NCBI GenBank assembly: GCA_048882385.1
Contig: JBHLRQ010000046.1
Coordinates: 1-22,972 of the forward strand
From: Candidatus Thorarchaeota archaeon
GTDB taxonomy: Archaea > Asgardarchaeota > Thorarchaeia > Thorarchaeales > Thorarchaeaceae
Direction of reading: 5' to 3'
Length of the DNA stretch: 22,972 nucleotides
This document shows positions 1-9,840 of this stretch, in pieces. Under the pieces are notes generated by a model. That model saw nothing but the letters and a program-made list of their open reading frames with translations. It was not told where the DNA came from and searched no databases. How positions within the stretch are numbered: position 1 is the first letter of the stretch; each line of letters opens with the position of its first letter. The translations under genes and the position numbers were made by a program.

Positions 1-776
1 AAAAAGACCTCCTCCAATCCCTCCACTTTAGAAACCTCTCTCAACAGTGTTTCAATCTTATCAGATTCGACAGTTCTGCCTCGACCACCATATGATAATG
101 CATTAGGCGAAAGAAACCATGTGCGATTGAAACCACTAACCTCGACTGCTCTCTCAAGCCAATCTACAATCACCTCGATAGATCTATGCCGCACCCTCCC
201 TCCAGTCAAAAATGGAGTACAACAGAATTTGCACGAATAAGGACAACCGCGTGTGACCTCAATTGGTCCTACTATGTTCAGCCCCAAAGCAAAGGGAGGA
301 TAGCTATCTAGATCAACAGGAGGCTGGTCTCTAGGAATTGGACAGCTAACTGAGTTACTACCAACGACTCCTGGTATCTTCAGAGGGTCCTTATCATTAG
401 TGAGATGCCAAAGAAGATCTGGAAATGTCTTCTCTCCCTCACCGACTATCACATAGTCAAAACCATTCTGAAGTAATTCCATTGGACGTGCACTCGCATG
501 CGCACCACCAGCTATTAGAGTAACAGTTTTTCCAAAATGCTCACGTATTTCACTAATCTCTTTGTAGACCCGTTCAGTCTGTGTACTCATCACTGAATGA
601 GCAAGTATTGTAGGTCCTTGACTGACAATCTTTTGCAATGATTTCAAGGAATGCTCAATTGGTGCTTTGATATTCAAATCAACAAGTCTAGGATCTGTTT
701 CAATAGCGCCGGCAAGAGCTGCTATGCTATATCTTGAAGAAGAATGTGCCCTGAAGACGAGGGTGTGTGATGCCAA
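1..776 (-). CDS. B12-binding-domain radical SAM protein (TIGR04013/MJ1487-like); 3' end runs off the window
   Basis: Manual translation, absent from the ORF track. TTG start at 776, MASHTLVFRAHSSSRYSIAALAGAIETDPRL..., B12-binding-type motifs AGGAHASARP and GFDYVIVGEGE, radical SAM motif EVTRGCPYSCKFC (CxxxCxxC). Open to position 1. Confidence 0.88.
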   Translation of the reverse strand, partial: MASHTLVFRAHSSSRYSIAALAGAIETDPRLVDLNIKAPIEHSLKSLQKIVSQGPTILAHSVMSTQTERVYKEISEIREHFGKTVTLIAGGAHASARPMELLQNGFDYVIVGEGEKTFPDLLWHLTNDKDPLKIPGVVGSNSVSCPIPRDQPPVDLDSYPPFALGLNIVGPIEVTRGCPYSCKFCCTPFLTGGRVRHRSIEVIVDWLERAVEVSGFNRTWFLSPNALSYGGRGRTVESDKIETLLREVSKVEGLEEVF

Positions 777-790
777 ATGCTACACGCGCT

Positions 791-1381
791 CTAGTTAACT
801 ATTCGCTCTGTAACTCCGCTGTCTGTGACACTCATGACACGGATGTCGCCGCCTGATTGAGCATCTCTTGCTATTCCTGCTTTGACAGCGTTGATGGCAA
901 TAACTTCAGCCTCTTTTACTGTCATATCTGGTTTGAATCCTTCTTCAAGGACACCATAGGCAGTTGCTGTTCCAGTACCAGTTGCGGTGAACTCATCTGG
1001 GATAAGAGACCCTCCCATATCAAGTGTGAAGAGTTGTGGCCCATCAGAGTCAATACCAATAACAATAGTCTGTACATACAAAGGTGCCATGCGTCGAGCA
1101 TAGAGTGTATTGGCCAGCATCTTAGAAAGCGCTCTTACAGTAATTTCCTTCTTCTGATTCAGCTCGTAAAGTTTGATTTGAGCTTGAAGTCTATTTACCA
1201 GCATCTGATAGTCTGAGGTCAGACCCGCAGAAGCCAAAACGATTGTATCGGTGAGCTTGAAAGCCTTGATTCCTGTATCACTTAGGACAAATGTACCCCA
1301 CGTGATCAATGAATCAGTAGCTACCACTACGCCATCACTGCATTTTATCCCGACAACAGTTGCACCAGTTGGAAGTGACAT
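791..1381 (-). CDS. psmB: Proteasome beta subunit, probably a non-catalytic paralog
   Basis: PTGATVVGIKCSDGVVVATDS, AGLTSDYQ, DMGGS, ATGTG, RDAQSGG are typical 20S beta-subunit motifs. ATG at 1381 preferred (GGAGG about 10 nt upstream); the ORF track starts at TTG 1387. Confidence 0.93.
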   Translation of the reverse strand: MSLPTGATVVGIKCSDGVVVATDSLITWGTFVLSDTGIKAFKLTDTIVLASAGLTSDYQMLVNRLQAQIKLYELNQKKEITVRALSKMLANTLYARRMAPLYVQTIVIGIDSDGPQLFTLDMGGSLIPDEFTATGTGTATAYGVLEEGFKPDMTVKEAEVIAINAVKAGIARDAQSGGDIRVMSVTDSGVTERIVN

Positions 1382-1475
1382 TATCAATGAGCCTCCGAAT
1401 GGGAGTTAGTCTGTGTTGGTCACGTCCGGTCTTTTTAAAACGTTTGCGAACTGTCCCTTGTCATCCTGAAGGAGC

Positions 1476-2540
1476 TTGGTAGAATTGCGTAAATTGAATC
1501 CCTTTGCAAATATTCCAACCATCATGACAGCAGAGGAGATTATCGAGTACGCACATAATAGATCAATGCGGATAAGCATGAAAAGCTCTCTCAGAATGAA
1601 AAAGATAGAACGTACCAGAATCAGAGAAATCACACGACTTCAAGAGTTCGCTAAGCAAGTCAAGGCAAAAATCGGAGAGTCGGTCGAACAATTTCCTTCT
1701 GTCGAAAGACTTCATCCATTCTACATTGAGCTCTCAGAAATCTTAGTTGGAAATGACAAGCTGAAACAATCTCTAGGTGCAATCTATAATTGTATACCCC
1801 CTATCGATGCCATCACTGACAAACATCTTGAAGCAATCAAACTGGCTGATGATTTCAAACAAATGAAAAAATCAAGAAGTGCTGCAAAAGGCAGAATATC
1901 ATCGATATTGAGAGCAACTGCAGAAAATCTTGACTTCATAATTGAAGCAAAGAAGACGCTCTCAAAACTTCCTGGCATCACACCCAATTCCCCAACAATT
2001 GTCTGTGCAGGATTCCCGAATGTTGGAAAATCAACTCTTGTAAGGGCAGTCTCAACTGCTGAACCAGAGGTTGCATATTATCCTTTCACTACAAAGAGTG
2101 TAATCATAGGCCATCTCCGTATTGATAATCACAGTGTACAGATAGTAGACACTCCTGGTATCTTAGACCGACCAATGGCTAAACGAAACGAGATTGAACG
2201 AGAAGCCATTGCAGCCCTCAAATACCTTGCAAACGTCATCATTTTCATGATAGATCCTTCAGAAGCTTGTGGATGGACATTTGAGGACCAGCTTAATCTC
2301 TTGAGTGAAGTGCAGAAGATGTTCCCCCTGAATCCCCTCCTCATCGTCTTAAACAAGGTAGACATAACACCTCCAGAAAAGCTTGAGATCGCAAGAAAGA
2401 AACTACCCCAAAGTCATGAGATTGTAGCGCTTGAGGGTGTAGGCGTTGAGAAGCTGATCAAGGAAGCAGTACAAGAAGTAGATCTCGTTTCACTTCAGGA
2501 ATCTGTTGATGAATATCTATCAACACTCTTAAAGAGATAG
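1476..2540 (+). CDS. NOG1-family nucleolar GTP-binding protein (OBG-like GTPase)
   Basis: N-terminal helical region with FPSVERLHPFY; G1 GFPNVGKS, G2 YPFTT, G3 DTPGILDR, G4 NKVD; ERxAI motif. Confidence 0.93.
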   Translation: MVELRKLNPFANIPTIMTAEEIIEYAHNRSMRISMKSSLRMKKIERTRIREITRLQEFAKQVKAKIGESVEQFPSVERLHPFYIELSEILVGNDKLKQSLGAIYNCIPPIDAITDKHLEAIKLADDFKQMKKSRSAAKGRISSILRATAENLDFIIEAKKTLSKLPGITPNSPTIVCAGFPNVGKSTLVRAVSTAEPEVAYYPFTTKSVIIGHLRIDNHSVQIVDTPGILDRPMAKRNEIEREAIAALKYLANVIIFMIDPSEACGWTFEDQLNLLSEVQKMFPLNPLLIVLNKVDITPPEKLEIARKKLPQSHEIVALEGVGVEKLIKEAVQEVDLVSLQESVDEYLSTLLKR

Positions 2541-3590
2541 TCCAGCACCTACTATTGTTAAGATTCCCGATTTGTCAACATTACTCTGTAGATTGAATTG
2601 CGTTCCTAGTATGTGCTCTGTAGCCCAGATGTTCGTTGTTAGATGCGATGTGATTGTCGTTATACCAATCTTACTTGTGCCAGATGCTATTGCTAAATAA
2701 GGAATAAGCATATCACACAGATGCGAATCTATTGCCATCTCTGAGGAAACTTCACCCACAAGGTGTGTGGCCGCATTACTGCCTACACTCTCTGCACTTA
2801 TTCCACGCTCGCCAAGCATATCCGACCCCAGTCTATTTCCACAATCATCTTCAGCCCAAATCACGATTCCACTCCCAGGACCAAGATGTGGGTCATCACC
2901 TTTTGGATATGATTCTCGTACAATATCTGCTTGTATGTTTAATTGGTCCTCAATTACATTCTCAGCTGATGAGGCCTGTCTTTCTGCAATATGACCTGGC
3001 AATCGAACACAATGCGAAATGCCACTGACATTCTTCAATTTTCCAAATTTGACAACTTCCAAGGGTTCAATCTCACTGGTAGGAACAATCTCACAAGACA
3101 CCATTCCTCCACCCCTTGGGTAATGACCTCTGCGCTTCTGATTAATCCTTATTGTTGCTCCCATTCCTTTCATTGTATCAGTGAATACGTTACTCAAGTA
3201 ATCAATGGGGGGGCTCCATTTTACATCCGTTCCACCTCTCAGATTAAGAACTATGGGTTCTGAAGACAATATAGCAGGAGGAAGGACTGCCTGAAGTACA
3301 AGAGAGATTGACCCTGCTGTACCGACATCGTAACTGAATGTTCCAGACCGGCGTTCATTTGGTATAAATTCGATAGTAGTGCTCCCCAAATCAAGCCCTC
3401 TAATCGTAGCATCTACAAGTCGTCCAGTCAATTCAATGCCTGCTATATGTTGCTTCTTCAGACCTGGTTTTGGCCTACCCGCACGAATGTTTGTGATGCG
3501 GATTGGCTTCATCGTCAGAGCTGAGAGTGAAACTGCTGTACGCAAAATTTGACCGCCACCCTCACCAAACGAGCCATCTATTACAATCAT
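2529..3590 (-). CDS. rtcA: RNA 3'-terminal phosphate cyclase
   Basis: IDGSFGEGGGQILRTA, RAGRPKPGLKKQH, TAGSISLVLQ, GGTDVKWSPPIDY, GHYPRGGG, and TSHLTTN carrying the His nucleophile. Overlaps the NOG1 3' end by 12 nt (convergent). Confidence 0.95.
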   Translation of the reverse strand: MIVIDGSFGEGGGQILRTAVSLSALTMKPIRITNIRAGRPKPGLKKQHIAGIELTGRLVDATIRGLDLGSTTIEFIPNERRSGTFSYDVGTAGSISLVLQAVLPPAILSSEPIVLNLRGGTDVKWSPPIDYLSNVFTDTMKGMGATIRINQKRRGHYPRGGGMVSCEIVPTSEIEPLEVVKFGKLKNVSGISHCVRLPGHIAERQASSAENVIEDQLNIQADIVRESYPKGDDPHLGPGSGIVIWAEDDCGNRLGSDMLGERGISAESVGSNAATHLVGEVSSEMAIDSHLCDMLIPYLAIASGTSKIGITTITSHLTTNIWATEHILGTQFNLQSNVDKSGILTIVGAGLSL

Positions 3591-3706
3591 CAGGGAAACC
3601 AGGTATGAGAATTGTCCACACCGTTATGAACTATCTCCTAAAGGGCATATTTTGACTCAGTCCCAATCCTTATTTGTGCCACAAGTCAAATCAGAATGCG
3701 GTCACG

Positions 3707-4231
3707 ATGAAGTCACTATTCATAGGGCGATTCCAGCCAATTCACAAGGGACACATCCACACAATGAAGCAAATCTTAGCCAAGAACGAAGACATAATCA
3801 TCGTTGTTGGCAGCTCGCAATACTCACATACCCCAGATAATCCATTCACTGGCGGTGAAAGAGTGATGCTCATTAGACGTGCATTGATTGATGAGAAACT
3901 CCCTTTGGATCGTATCACCGTGGTCCCCTTATCAGATATTAACATCCATCCGTTGTGGGTGAGTCATATGCGCTCCTTTGTACCATATTTTGACAAGGCG
4001 TACAGCCATAATCCCCTTGTCAAGAGGCTACTTGAAGAGGGCGGAATCAAGACCGACTCGACTAAGCTTCTGGAGCGTTCTCAATACAGCGCCAGTCATA
4101 TCCGTGACCTAATCAGGTGGGGTAATGAGGAATGGGAAACCCTTGTCCCTGAGGGTGTTGCAGCTCTGATAAAGGAGCATAAATTAGATGACAGAATTCG
4201 TGAAGTTGGCGAAATCCGTACAAAGCGCTGA
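3707..4231 (+). CDS. nadM: Nicotinamide-nucleotide adenylyltransferase (archaeal NMNAT)
   Basis: MKSLFIGRFQPIHKGH (HxGH motif), GSSQYSHTPDNPFTGGER, SASHIR, WETLVP. ATG at 3707 chosen over the upstream TTG at 3674. Confidence 0.93.
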   Translation: MKSLFIGRFQPIHKGHIHTMKQILAKNEDIIIVVGSSQYSHTPDNPFTGGERVMLIRRALIDEKLPLDRITVVPLSDINIHPLWVSHMRSFVPYFDKAYSHNPLVKRLLEEGGIKTDSTKLLERSQYSASHIRDLIRWGNEEWETLVPEGVAALIKEHKLDDRIREVGEIRTKR

Positions 4232-4244
4232 TTTCATGGTATGC

Positions 4245-4252
4245 TTTAAATA
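4245..4252 (+). promoter_or_regulatory. Candidate TATA box upstream of proS
   Basis: TTTAAATA in the nadM-proS spacer. Confidence 0.45.
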
Positions 4253-4378
4253 CAAAACGGGATGACGAAGTGTTGGTGAACGTAAATGCTAGGTGAACAC
4301 GTTCCGAAATATCAATAGAACACTACTTCTCAGTCCTAGTCAATACCATGTATCACAACTTAGACAGAGGATAATATC

Positions 4379-5857
4379 ATGAGCAGTCAACAGAAAGACA
4401 ATAAAATTGCCATATTCGACATAGACAAGGAAACTAACTTTCCTGACTGGTATACTGAAATCGTTCGAGTGGCAGAACTCGCTGATGTCAGATATGGTGT
4501 CAAAGGGTTCACTCCTTTTCCCCCATGGAGCACAATGAGCATGAACCTTATGTTTGACATTCTAGAAGATGCACTTCAACGTAAAGACCACTTGCCCATG
4601 CTATTTCCAACCGTCATTCCGGAAGCAAACCTCAGGAAAGAGGCTGACCATGTTGAAGGCTTCACTCCCCAGGTTTTCTGGATATCAGAGATTGGCGACG
4701 GTGAGAAGCTAGAGGAGCGATTGGCACTCAGACCAACCAGTGAAACTGCGATCTATCCCATGTATTCACTTTGGGTGCGAAGTTGGCGGGACTTGCCTCT
4801 GAAACGGTATCAGCGCGTATCGGTATTCAGATCTGAGATCAAGAGCACACGTCCATTTCTACGAGGAAGAGAATTTCTCTGGATTGAGAGCCACAATGTC
4901 TATTCAACACATGAAGAAGCAAAAGCTCAGGTGCTGGAAGATATCGAAATCTCGAAGGAGGTCTGTACAGACAACTTTGGACTACCAGTGATGGTATTTC
5001 GAAGAACACAATGGGACAAGTTTCCTGGAGGTCTCAACACATATGCGGCAGATACATTGATGCCCGATGGTAAGGTAATACAATTGCCCTCAACCCATGA
5101 TCTCGGCGACAACTTTGCCAAGGCATTTGATATCAAGTTTCTGAATAAAGAAAATGAAACAGTCCATGCTTGGCAAACATGCTATGGTCCTGCAATATCC
5201 AGAATCTATGGTGCGATGATTTCAGTCCATGGTGACAACAAGGGTCTAAGACTGCCTTTCAAGGTAGCTCCCTATCAAGTGGTGATTATACCTATTTTCA
5301 AAGGCAAGAGTGCAGACTCTGTACTCAAATACTGTCAGGACATCAAAAAGAAGCTACAGAATGCTGGTTTCCGTGTCTATCTAGATCAGAGTGAGGAAAC
5401 TCCTGGATGGAAGTACAACTACTGGGAAATGAAAGGAGTACCAATACGTATCGAGGCAGGTCCTCGTGATCTAAAACAGAACAAGGTTGTTGTGTTTCGC
5501 AGAGACACGATGAAGCGAGTAACTATCGATCTTAAGGATTTGAAAAAGAGAGTAACCTCTCTTGGAAAGGAAATCGACGAATATTTGCTCAAAACTGCAG
5601 AATCCAAGTTTGAAGGTCTCATTGTGGATGCTGAGCGATTTGGTGAGATAGATGATGCTCTTGACCATGGAAAGATTGCTCGTGTACCTTTCTGTTCAAT
5701 CGAAATGGATGCATATTCCTGCGCTGAACAAGTCGAGAAGAACACACGTGGTGAGATTCGAGGCACTCGGATGGACATCAACGAAGAACCAGAAGGTCTT
5801 TGTGTTGCATGTGGGAAGGTGGCCAAAGAGGTCGTTTATATAGCAAGATCCTACTAG
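4379..5857 (+). CDS. proS: Proline--tRNA ligase, archaeal/eukaryotic type
   Basis: NFPDWYTE, EADHVEGFTPQVFW, LALRPTSET, PFLRGREFLWIESH, GLRLPFKVAPYQV, PGWKYNYWEMKGVPIRIE, C-terminal CVACG...YIARSY. Confidence 0.97.
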   Translation: MSSQQKDNKIAIFDIDKETNFPDWYTEIVRVAELADVRYGVKGFTPFPPWSTMSMNLMFDILEDALQRKDHLPMLFPTVIPEANLRKEADHVEGFTPQVFWISEIGDGEKLEERLALRPTSETAIYPMYSLWVRSWRDLPLKRYQRVSVFRSEIKSTRPFLRGREFLWIESHNVYSTHEEAKAQVLEDIEISKEVCTDNFGLPVMVFRRTQWDKFPGGLNTYAADTLMPDGKVIQLPSTHDLGDNFAKAFDIKFLNKENETVHAWQTCYGPAISRIYGAMISVHGDNKGLRLPFKVAPYQVVIIPIFKGKSADSVLKYCQDIKKKLQNAGFRVYLDQSEETPGWKYNYWEMKGVPIRIEAGPRDLKQNKVVVFRRDTMKRVTIDLKDLKKRVTSLGKEIDEYLLKTAESKFEGLIVDAERFGEIDDALDHGKIARVPFCSIEMDAYSCAEQVEKNTRGEIRGTRMDINEEPEGLCVACGKVAKEVVYIARSY

Positions 5858-5925
5858 AGTTGGAGTCTGAGATTTTCTGGATTGCTATCTGAGAAATTCA
5901 TTGACACCTCTTTGGAGTTGAGCTG

Positions 5926-6909
5926 ATGAAGGTACTAGTTCCCTATCCTGATGAACTCGTCAAGATTTTCAAAAGCATAATGGGTGATGAAGCTGAAATT
6001 GTTCAATCAGAGCTATCAGCAGAGTCGATGCTTGATCATGGTGGTGATGTGGAAATTGTTGCGTCTGTCAGTGTTCCAGGAGAATTCATTCGGAAAGCAT
6101 CAAACCTCCGAATGATTCAAACATTTGGAGCTGGAATCGATAGGGTCGATATTGATGCTGTGAAAGACCGGGGTGACATTATAGTCTGCAACAATCATGT
6201 CAACTCCGCAGAAGTCGCTGAATTTGCGATAACGCTGCTTTTTGCAGTTGCAAAGAATCTCATTCCAAGTGACCGGGAACTTCGAGCTGGAAATTGGGTC
6301 CATAGATGGGGTGGTCCTGTTCCAAATATCGAAATCCGAGGAAAGAAGGTGCTCATCGTTGGACTGGGTCACATTGGTGCTGATATAGCAAAGAAACTGA
6401 AGTCCTTTGAAGTCACAATCACTGCAGCCACGAGGAGTGGGACATCAAACAATGAACACCTTGTAGACCAACTAGTAAGAATTGAAGAAGTGAAAACACA
6501 TGTCGGTGAATCAGATTTCGTTATCCTCTCCTTACCTTTGACTGATGAATCTACGGGTCTTGTAGATAGAGAATTTCTCTCTTTGATGAAATCCAACTCG
6601 ATTTTGGTGAATATCTCTCGCGGTCAGATAATTGATGAACAGGCACTCTATGAGGCTCTGAAGGATAAACGGATTCATGGTGCAGGAATTGATGTATGGT
6701 GGAGATATCCCTCTAAATGGCGCGGAACAGCAATTCCACCATCAGATGTACCATTCCATGAGCTAGATAATATCGTGGTTTCACCTCACAGGGCTGCTTA
6801 TTCTGAGAACGTTGAGCGTGAGTTGTTCCTGTTTGCAGCAAAAAACATTCTCAGCTTTATTCGTGGCAAAACTCCTCTCAACATAATCGACATCGAACGA
6901 GGCTATTAA
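5926..6909 (+). CDS. D-isomer-specific 2-hydroxyacid dehydrogenase
   Basis: GAGID, VAEFA, Rossmann GLGHIG, LPLT, NISRG, GIDVWW, SPH. Confidence 0.92.
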   Translation: MKVLVPYPDELVKIFKSIMGDEAEIVQSELSAESMLDHGGDVEIVASVSVPGEFIRKASNLRMIQTFGAGIDRVDIDAVKDRGDIIVCNNHVNSAEVAEFAITLLFAVAKNLIPSDRELRAGNWVHRWGGPVPNIEIRGKKVLIVGLGHIGADIAKKLKSFEVTITAATRSGTSNNEHLVDQLVRIEEVKTHVGESDFVILSLPLTDESTGLVDREFLSLMKSNSILVNISRGQIIDEQALYEALKDKRIHGAGIDVWWRYPSKWRGTAIPPSDVPFHELDNIVVSPHRAAYSENVERELFLFAAKNILSFIRGKTPLNIIDIERGY

Positions 6910-7078
6910 CCATTCCACATCAAAAATGTAGGAGAACTTCAATCCTCCTATGGCATCAGATTGTAATAGGGAGTATTGTCTCATGGCGCGTTCAATATAC
7001 CTCAGTGAGTCAGAGAGTCAAGACTTTAAGGACAACATTACTCATCGCAGAAGAAACAACCATTCGGGGGACAACATT

Positions 7079-9268
7079 TTGACCCTAGAGAGTCTGTCTG
7101 ACATTCCCGGTGTAGGTGACAAGGTTAAGCAGTCATTGATTGACCACTTTGGAAGCGAGGCTGTAGCACTCAAAGTGATTCAGGACTCAAGAGTCGACCT
7201 AGTGGCCGCTGTTCCAGGCATTGGATCAAGGCAAGCTGTGAATCTTGTCAAGGGTGCCTTTGAACTGGAATTTGGTGCGACCTCCAACATGTTACTACGG
7301 AGCACGGACATCCGAAAAATCTACGAAGCAAGTCTCGAAATTATCCGCGGATATGCAAACACAACATATGCGAAGGACAAACTATTCCTCTATTTCCCTC
7401 TCCCTCCGGAGAAGACAGATGCCATTCTTGAGAGGCAGAAGTACTTCGCTAATGCTGGAGAGATGGCTGGCGCACTTGCGAAAGAACAGCGTGAAAAACT
7501 GAAAAGTCTGTTAAGCCAAGTCAGAGGACTCTATCGGAGAATAAAACCTCGTAGAATTGAGGGTCGTGTCATAATCACAAATGATGACAAGGTCTTTGAC
7601 ACACTCATAAAGGAGAGCGTTGACAGATGGTGTCCTGTCTATGTTCTTTCTGACGGTGAGAGTGGTGCAGACTATGCCCAGGGATATGACCTGGTCATGT
7701 ACATCTCACCACTGGGTGTTTATGATGATTCGATAGACATGCTGGACAATGTTGAGATTCTAGGAAAGGACTGGTCGATAGAAGATGTCCTTCCAGAAAT
7801 GACAGTCAGTTTTTACTCTCGCAACTATCGTGTCATTGATGCCGCGTGTCAGATTGTGGAAGCGTTCGACAAAATTCCTTCTAATGACTCTGTGTTAACA
7901 TTCTCATCAGCGCTAGACTTTGAGAAACTCACGAAAGTAGGTACGATCCTAAAGAATATTGATGAGAACGGCGATTTGGCTCAAGGTATTGATTCGGAGC
8001 TTGATAGATATCGAACTGCTGTCAAGGTATTTCCAACAGCTGTAGCTGAAACCGAAGCTTGGCTCAATGAGGAAATAACTACACGAATCTCAAAGAGCCA
8101 AGTCACTCTTGGAGGTCAACAAATCATCAGCATACTTCAGTCTGCAGATATGGAAGGTGCAGATGGAAGTGCTCTGAGGAACATGCTACCAGCTGAGATC
8201 GTAGAAACCTTCACAACAACACTTCAAGATGCTGAGGACAGACTAGTGCAGATGCTAGGACTAACAGTTCGTGAAGCTGATTGGGTGACGGGCATCATCA
8301 GTGAGGAGATATCCCTTCCAGTCAAGATGATTACAACTCAGATAAATGACCTTGAAGACCGGTTAAGGAGATTGTTCGCTGAGAAGCAGTTTAAACTCAT
8401 CAAGAAGTTTGCGAATGAACTAGATGAGTTGAAAGACGTTGTTACACAGGCAGTCCAGACACTGCTTGAGTTCGACTTGTTCCTTGCAGTTGGATTATTC
8501 TCAGCAGACTATAAGTTACGGACTCCTAATATCTCTCGAGAGTATAGCGGAGTTGGTGTCAGAGGAGCAACCAATCTGTTCCTTTCTGAGAGCAACATCA
8601 AAGGAAAACATGGTCCTGTACAACCAATTGACTATGCAATTGGAAAGACGCCATTTCAGCCTGAAGGCACTAATGGTGAGAACTGTGCCATACTGTCTGG
8701 AGCTAACAGTGGTGGAAAAACTACAACTATACAGACTCTTGCCCAGATCGTCACACTGGCTCAATCAGGATTCCCAGTTCCTGCAGAAGAAGCCTATCTA
8801 CCGGTCTTTGAGGAGTTGTATTTCTTCTATAAGAGTCGAGGAATGGTGAGTGCTGGTGCATTTGAAACGACCCTTAAGCAATTTGCAGAAATTGTTGTAT
8901 CAGACAAATCGAAATTGGCACTTTTTGATGAGGTTGAAGCAATAACGGAACCGGGTAGTGCTGCAAATGTGATTGCAGGACTCATCGAAATCCTGCAGAG
9001 CGATCCCAATACTTCTACGGTCATATGCAGTCATCTTGCTAGAGAGATTGAAGAGGTCACAGATGTACCGATAAGAATCGATGGTATAGAAGCAAGAGGT
9101 CTGGATGAGGAGCTAAATCTTGTCGTGGACAGAACGCCTAGGTTTGGAGTTCTAGCAAGAAGCACTCCTGAGCTCATAGTTGAACGCCTCTCGAAGCTTG
9201 CCAAAAGTCCCAAGAAGGAAGTATACACAAAAATTCTAGAGAACCTCACAAGGGAACGAACCAAATGA
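7079..9268 (+). CDS. Archaeal MutS-like ATPase with N-terminal helix-hairpin-helix (MutS2/MutS5-type, no mismatch-binding domain)
   Basis: HhH motifs LSDIPGVGDK and AVPGIGSR; MutS domain V Walker A SGANSGGKTT, LAQSGFPVPA, SAGAFE, Walker B LALFDEVEA, and CSH. Likely start TTG 7079 after GGGGGA; the ORF track extends to 6950. Confidence 0.85.
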   Translation: MTLESLSDIPGVGDKVKQSLIDHFGSEAVALKVIQDSRVDLVAAVPGIGSRQAVNLVKGAFELEFGATSNMLLRSTDIRKIYEASLEIIRGYANTTYAKDKLFLYFPLPPEKTDAILERQKYFANAGEMAGALAKEQREKLKSLLSQVRGLYRRIKPRRIEGRVIITNDDKVFDTLIKESVDRWCPVYVLSDGESGADYAQGYDLVMYISPLGVYDDSIDMLDNVEILGKDWSIEDVLPEMTVSFYSRNYRVIDAACQIVEAFDKIPSNDSVLTFSSALDFEKLTKVGTILKNIDENGDLAQGIDSELDRYRTAVKVFPTAVAETEAWLNEEITTRISKSQVTLGGQQIISILQSADMEGADGSALRNMLPAEIVETFTTTLQDAEDRLVQMLGLTVREADWVTGIISEEISLPVKMITTQINDLEDRLRRLFAEKQFKLIKKFANELDELKDVVTQAVQTLLEFDLFLAVGLFSADYKLRTPNISREYSGVGVRGATNLFLSESNIKGKHGPVQPIDYAIGKTPFQPEGTNGENCAILSGANSGGKTTTIQTLAQIVTLAQSGFPVPAEEAYLPVFEELYFFYKSRGMVSAGAFETTLKQFAEIVVSDKSKLALFDEVEAITEPGSAANVIAGLIEILQSDPNTSTVICSHLAREIEEVTDVPIRIDGIEARGLDEELNLVVDRTPRFGVLARSTPELIVERLSKLAKSPKKEVYTKILENLTRERTK

Positions 9269-9840
9269 GTCATCGCGTGCTAGTCTTTGGGGATGCCCAT
9301 ATTCCCTCAAGAAGAGATTCAATACCAAAAGCATTCTATGACCATATAGAGAAGACCAGCTATGATTTGGTTTTGATTACAGGTGATCTTGTCAGAGAAT
9401 CAGATATGTATTCAGCATTTCCTCCATTGCCTCGCTCTTTCACAGTAGTTGGTAATATGGACTATGGAAGTAAGTATAATTTTCATGAACAAGTTCAACT
9501 GGATGAGTTCAATCTTCTACTTCTTCACGGAACCCAGTTACGCCCACGTGGAAACATCAAACAACTCTGGGAAATAACGCAAGAGGTAGGAGCTGATATT
9601 GCAGTTCATGGTCATTCACACAAGGCATCAATTGACCTGTTCAATGACAAACTCTTCTTGAATCCTGGAACTGTGTCTGGAGCCACTGGTGGATGGGGTG
9701 GAAAGACTGATGCTAGCTTCATTGAACTGAGTGTGAAGAAGGACAAACTTGAGGTAAGAATGTTCCATACTGACTGGAGAGTAGTGAAAGAATCTGAAAC
9801 ACATTTTGAAAAACAGGATGACAAAATCATTCGAATTTAA
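9265..9840 (+). CDS. YfcE/MJ0936/Vps29-family metallophosphoesterase
   Basis: GDAHIP, TGD, GNMD, LHG, GHSH, LNPGTVSGA. ATGA overlap with the MutS-like stop codon. Confidence 0.9.
   Translation: MSHRVLVFGDAHIPSRRDSIPKAFYDHIEKTSYDLVLITGDLVRESDMYSAFPPLPRSFTVVGNMDYGSKYNFHEQVQLDEFNLLLLHGTQLRPRGNIKQLWEITQEVGADIAVHGHSHKASIDLFNDKLFLNPGTVSGATGGWGGKTDASFIELSVKKDKLEVRMFHTDWRVVKESETHFEKQDDKIIRI

Noticed and set aside
1476-3590. NOG1 + RtcA as a ribosome-biogenesis operon
   Set aside because: The genes are convergent rather than co-transcribed, and RtcA retains cyclase motifs. Adjacency alone is insufficient.
4259-4337. Eukaryote-like SECIS element (ATGA...AA hairpin)
   Set aside because: The 3' arm has TCA pairing with TGA rather than the required GA tandem, and I found no convincing in-frame UGA selenoprotein in the window.
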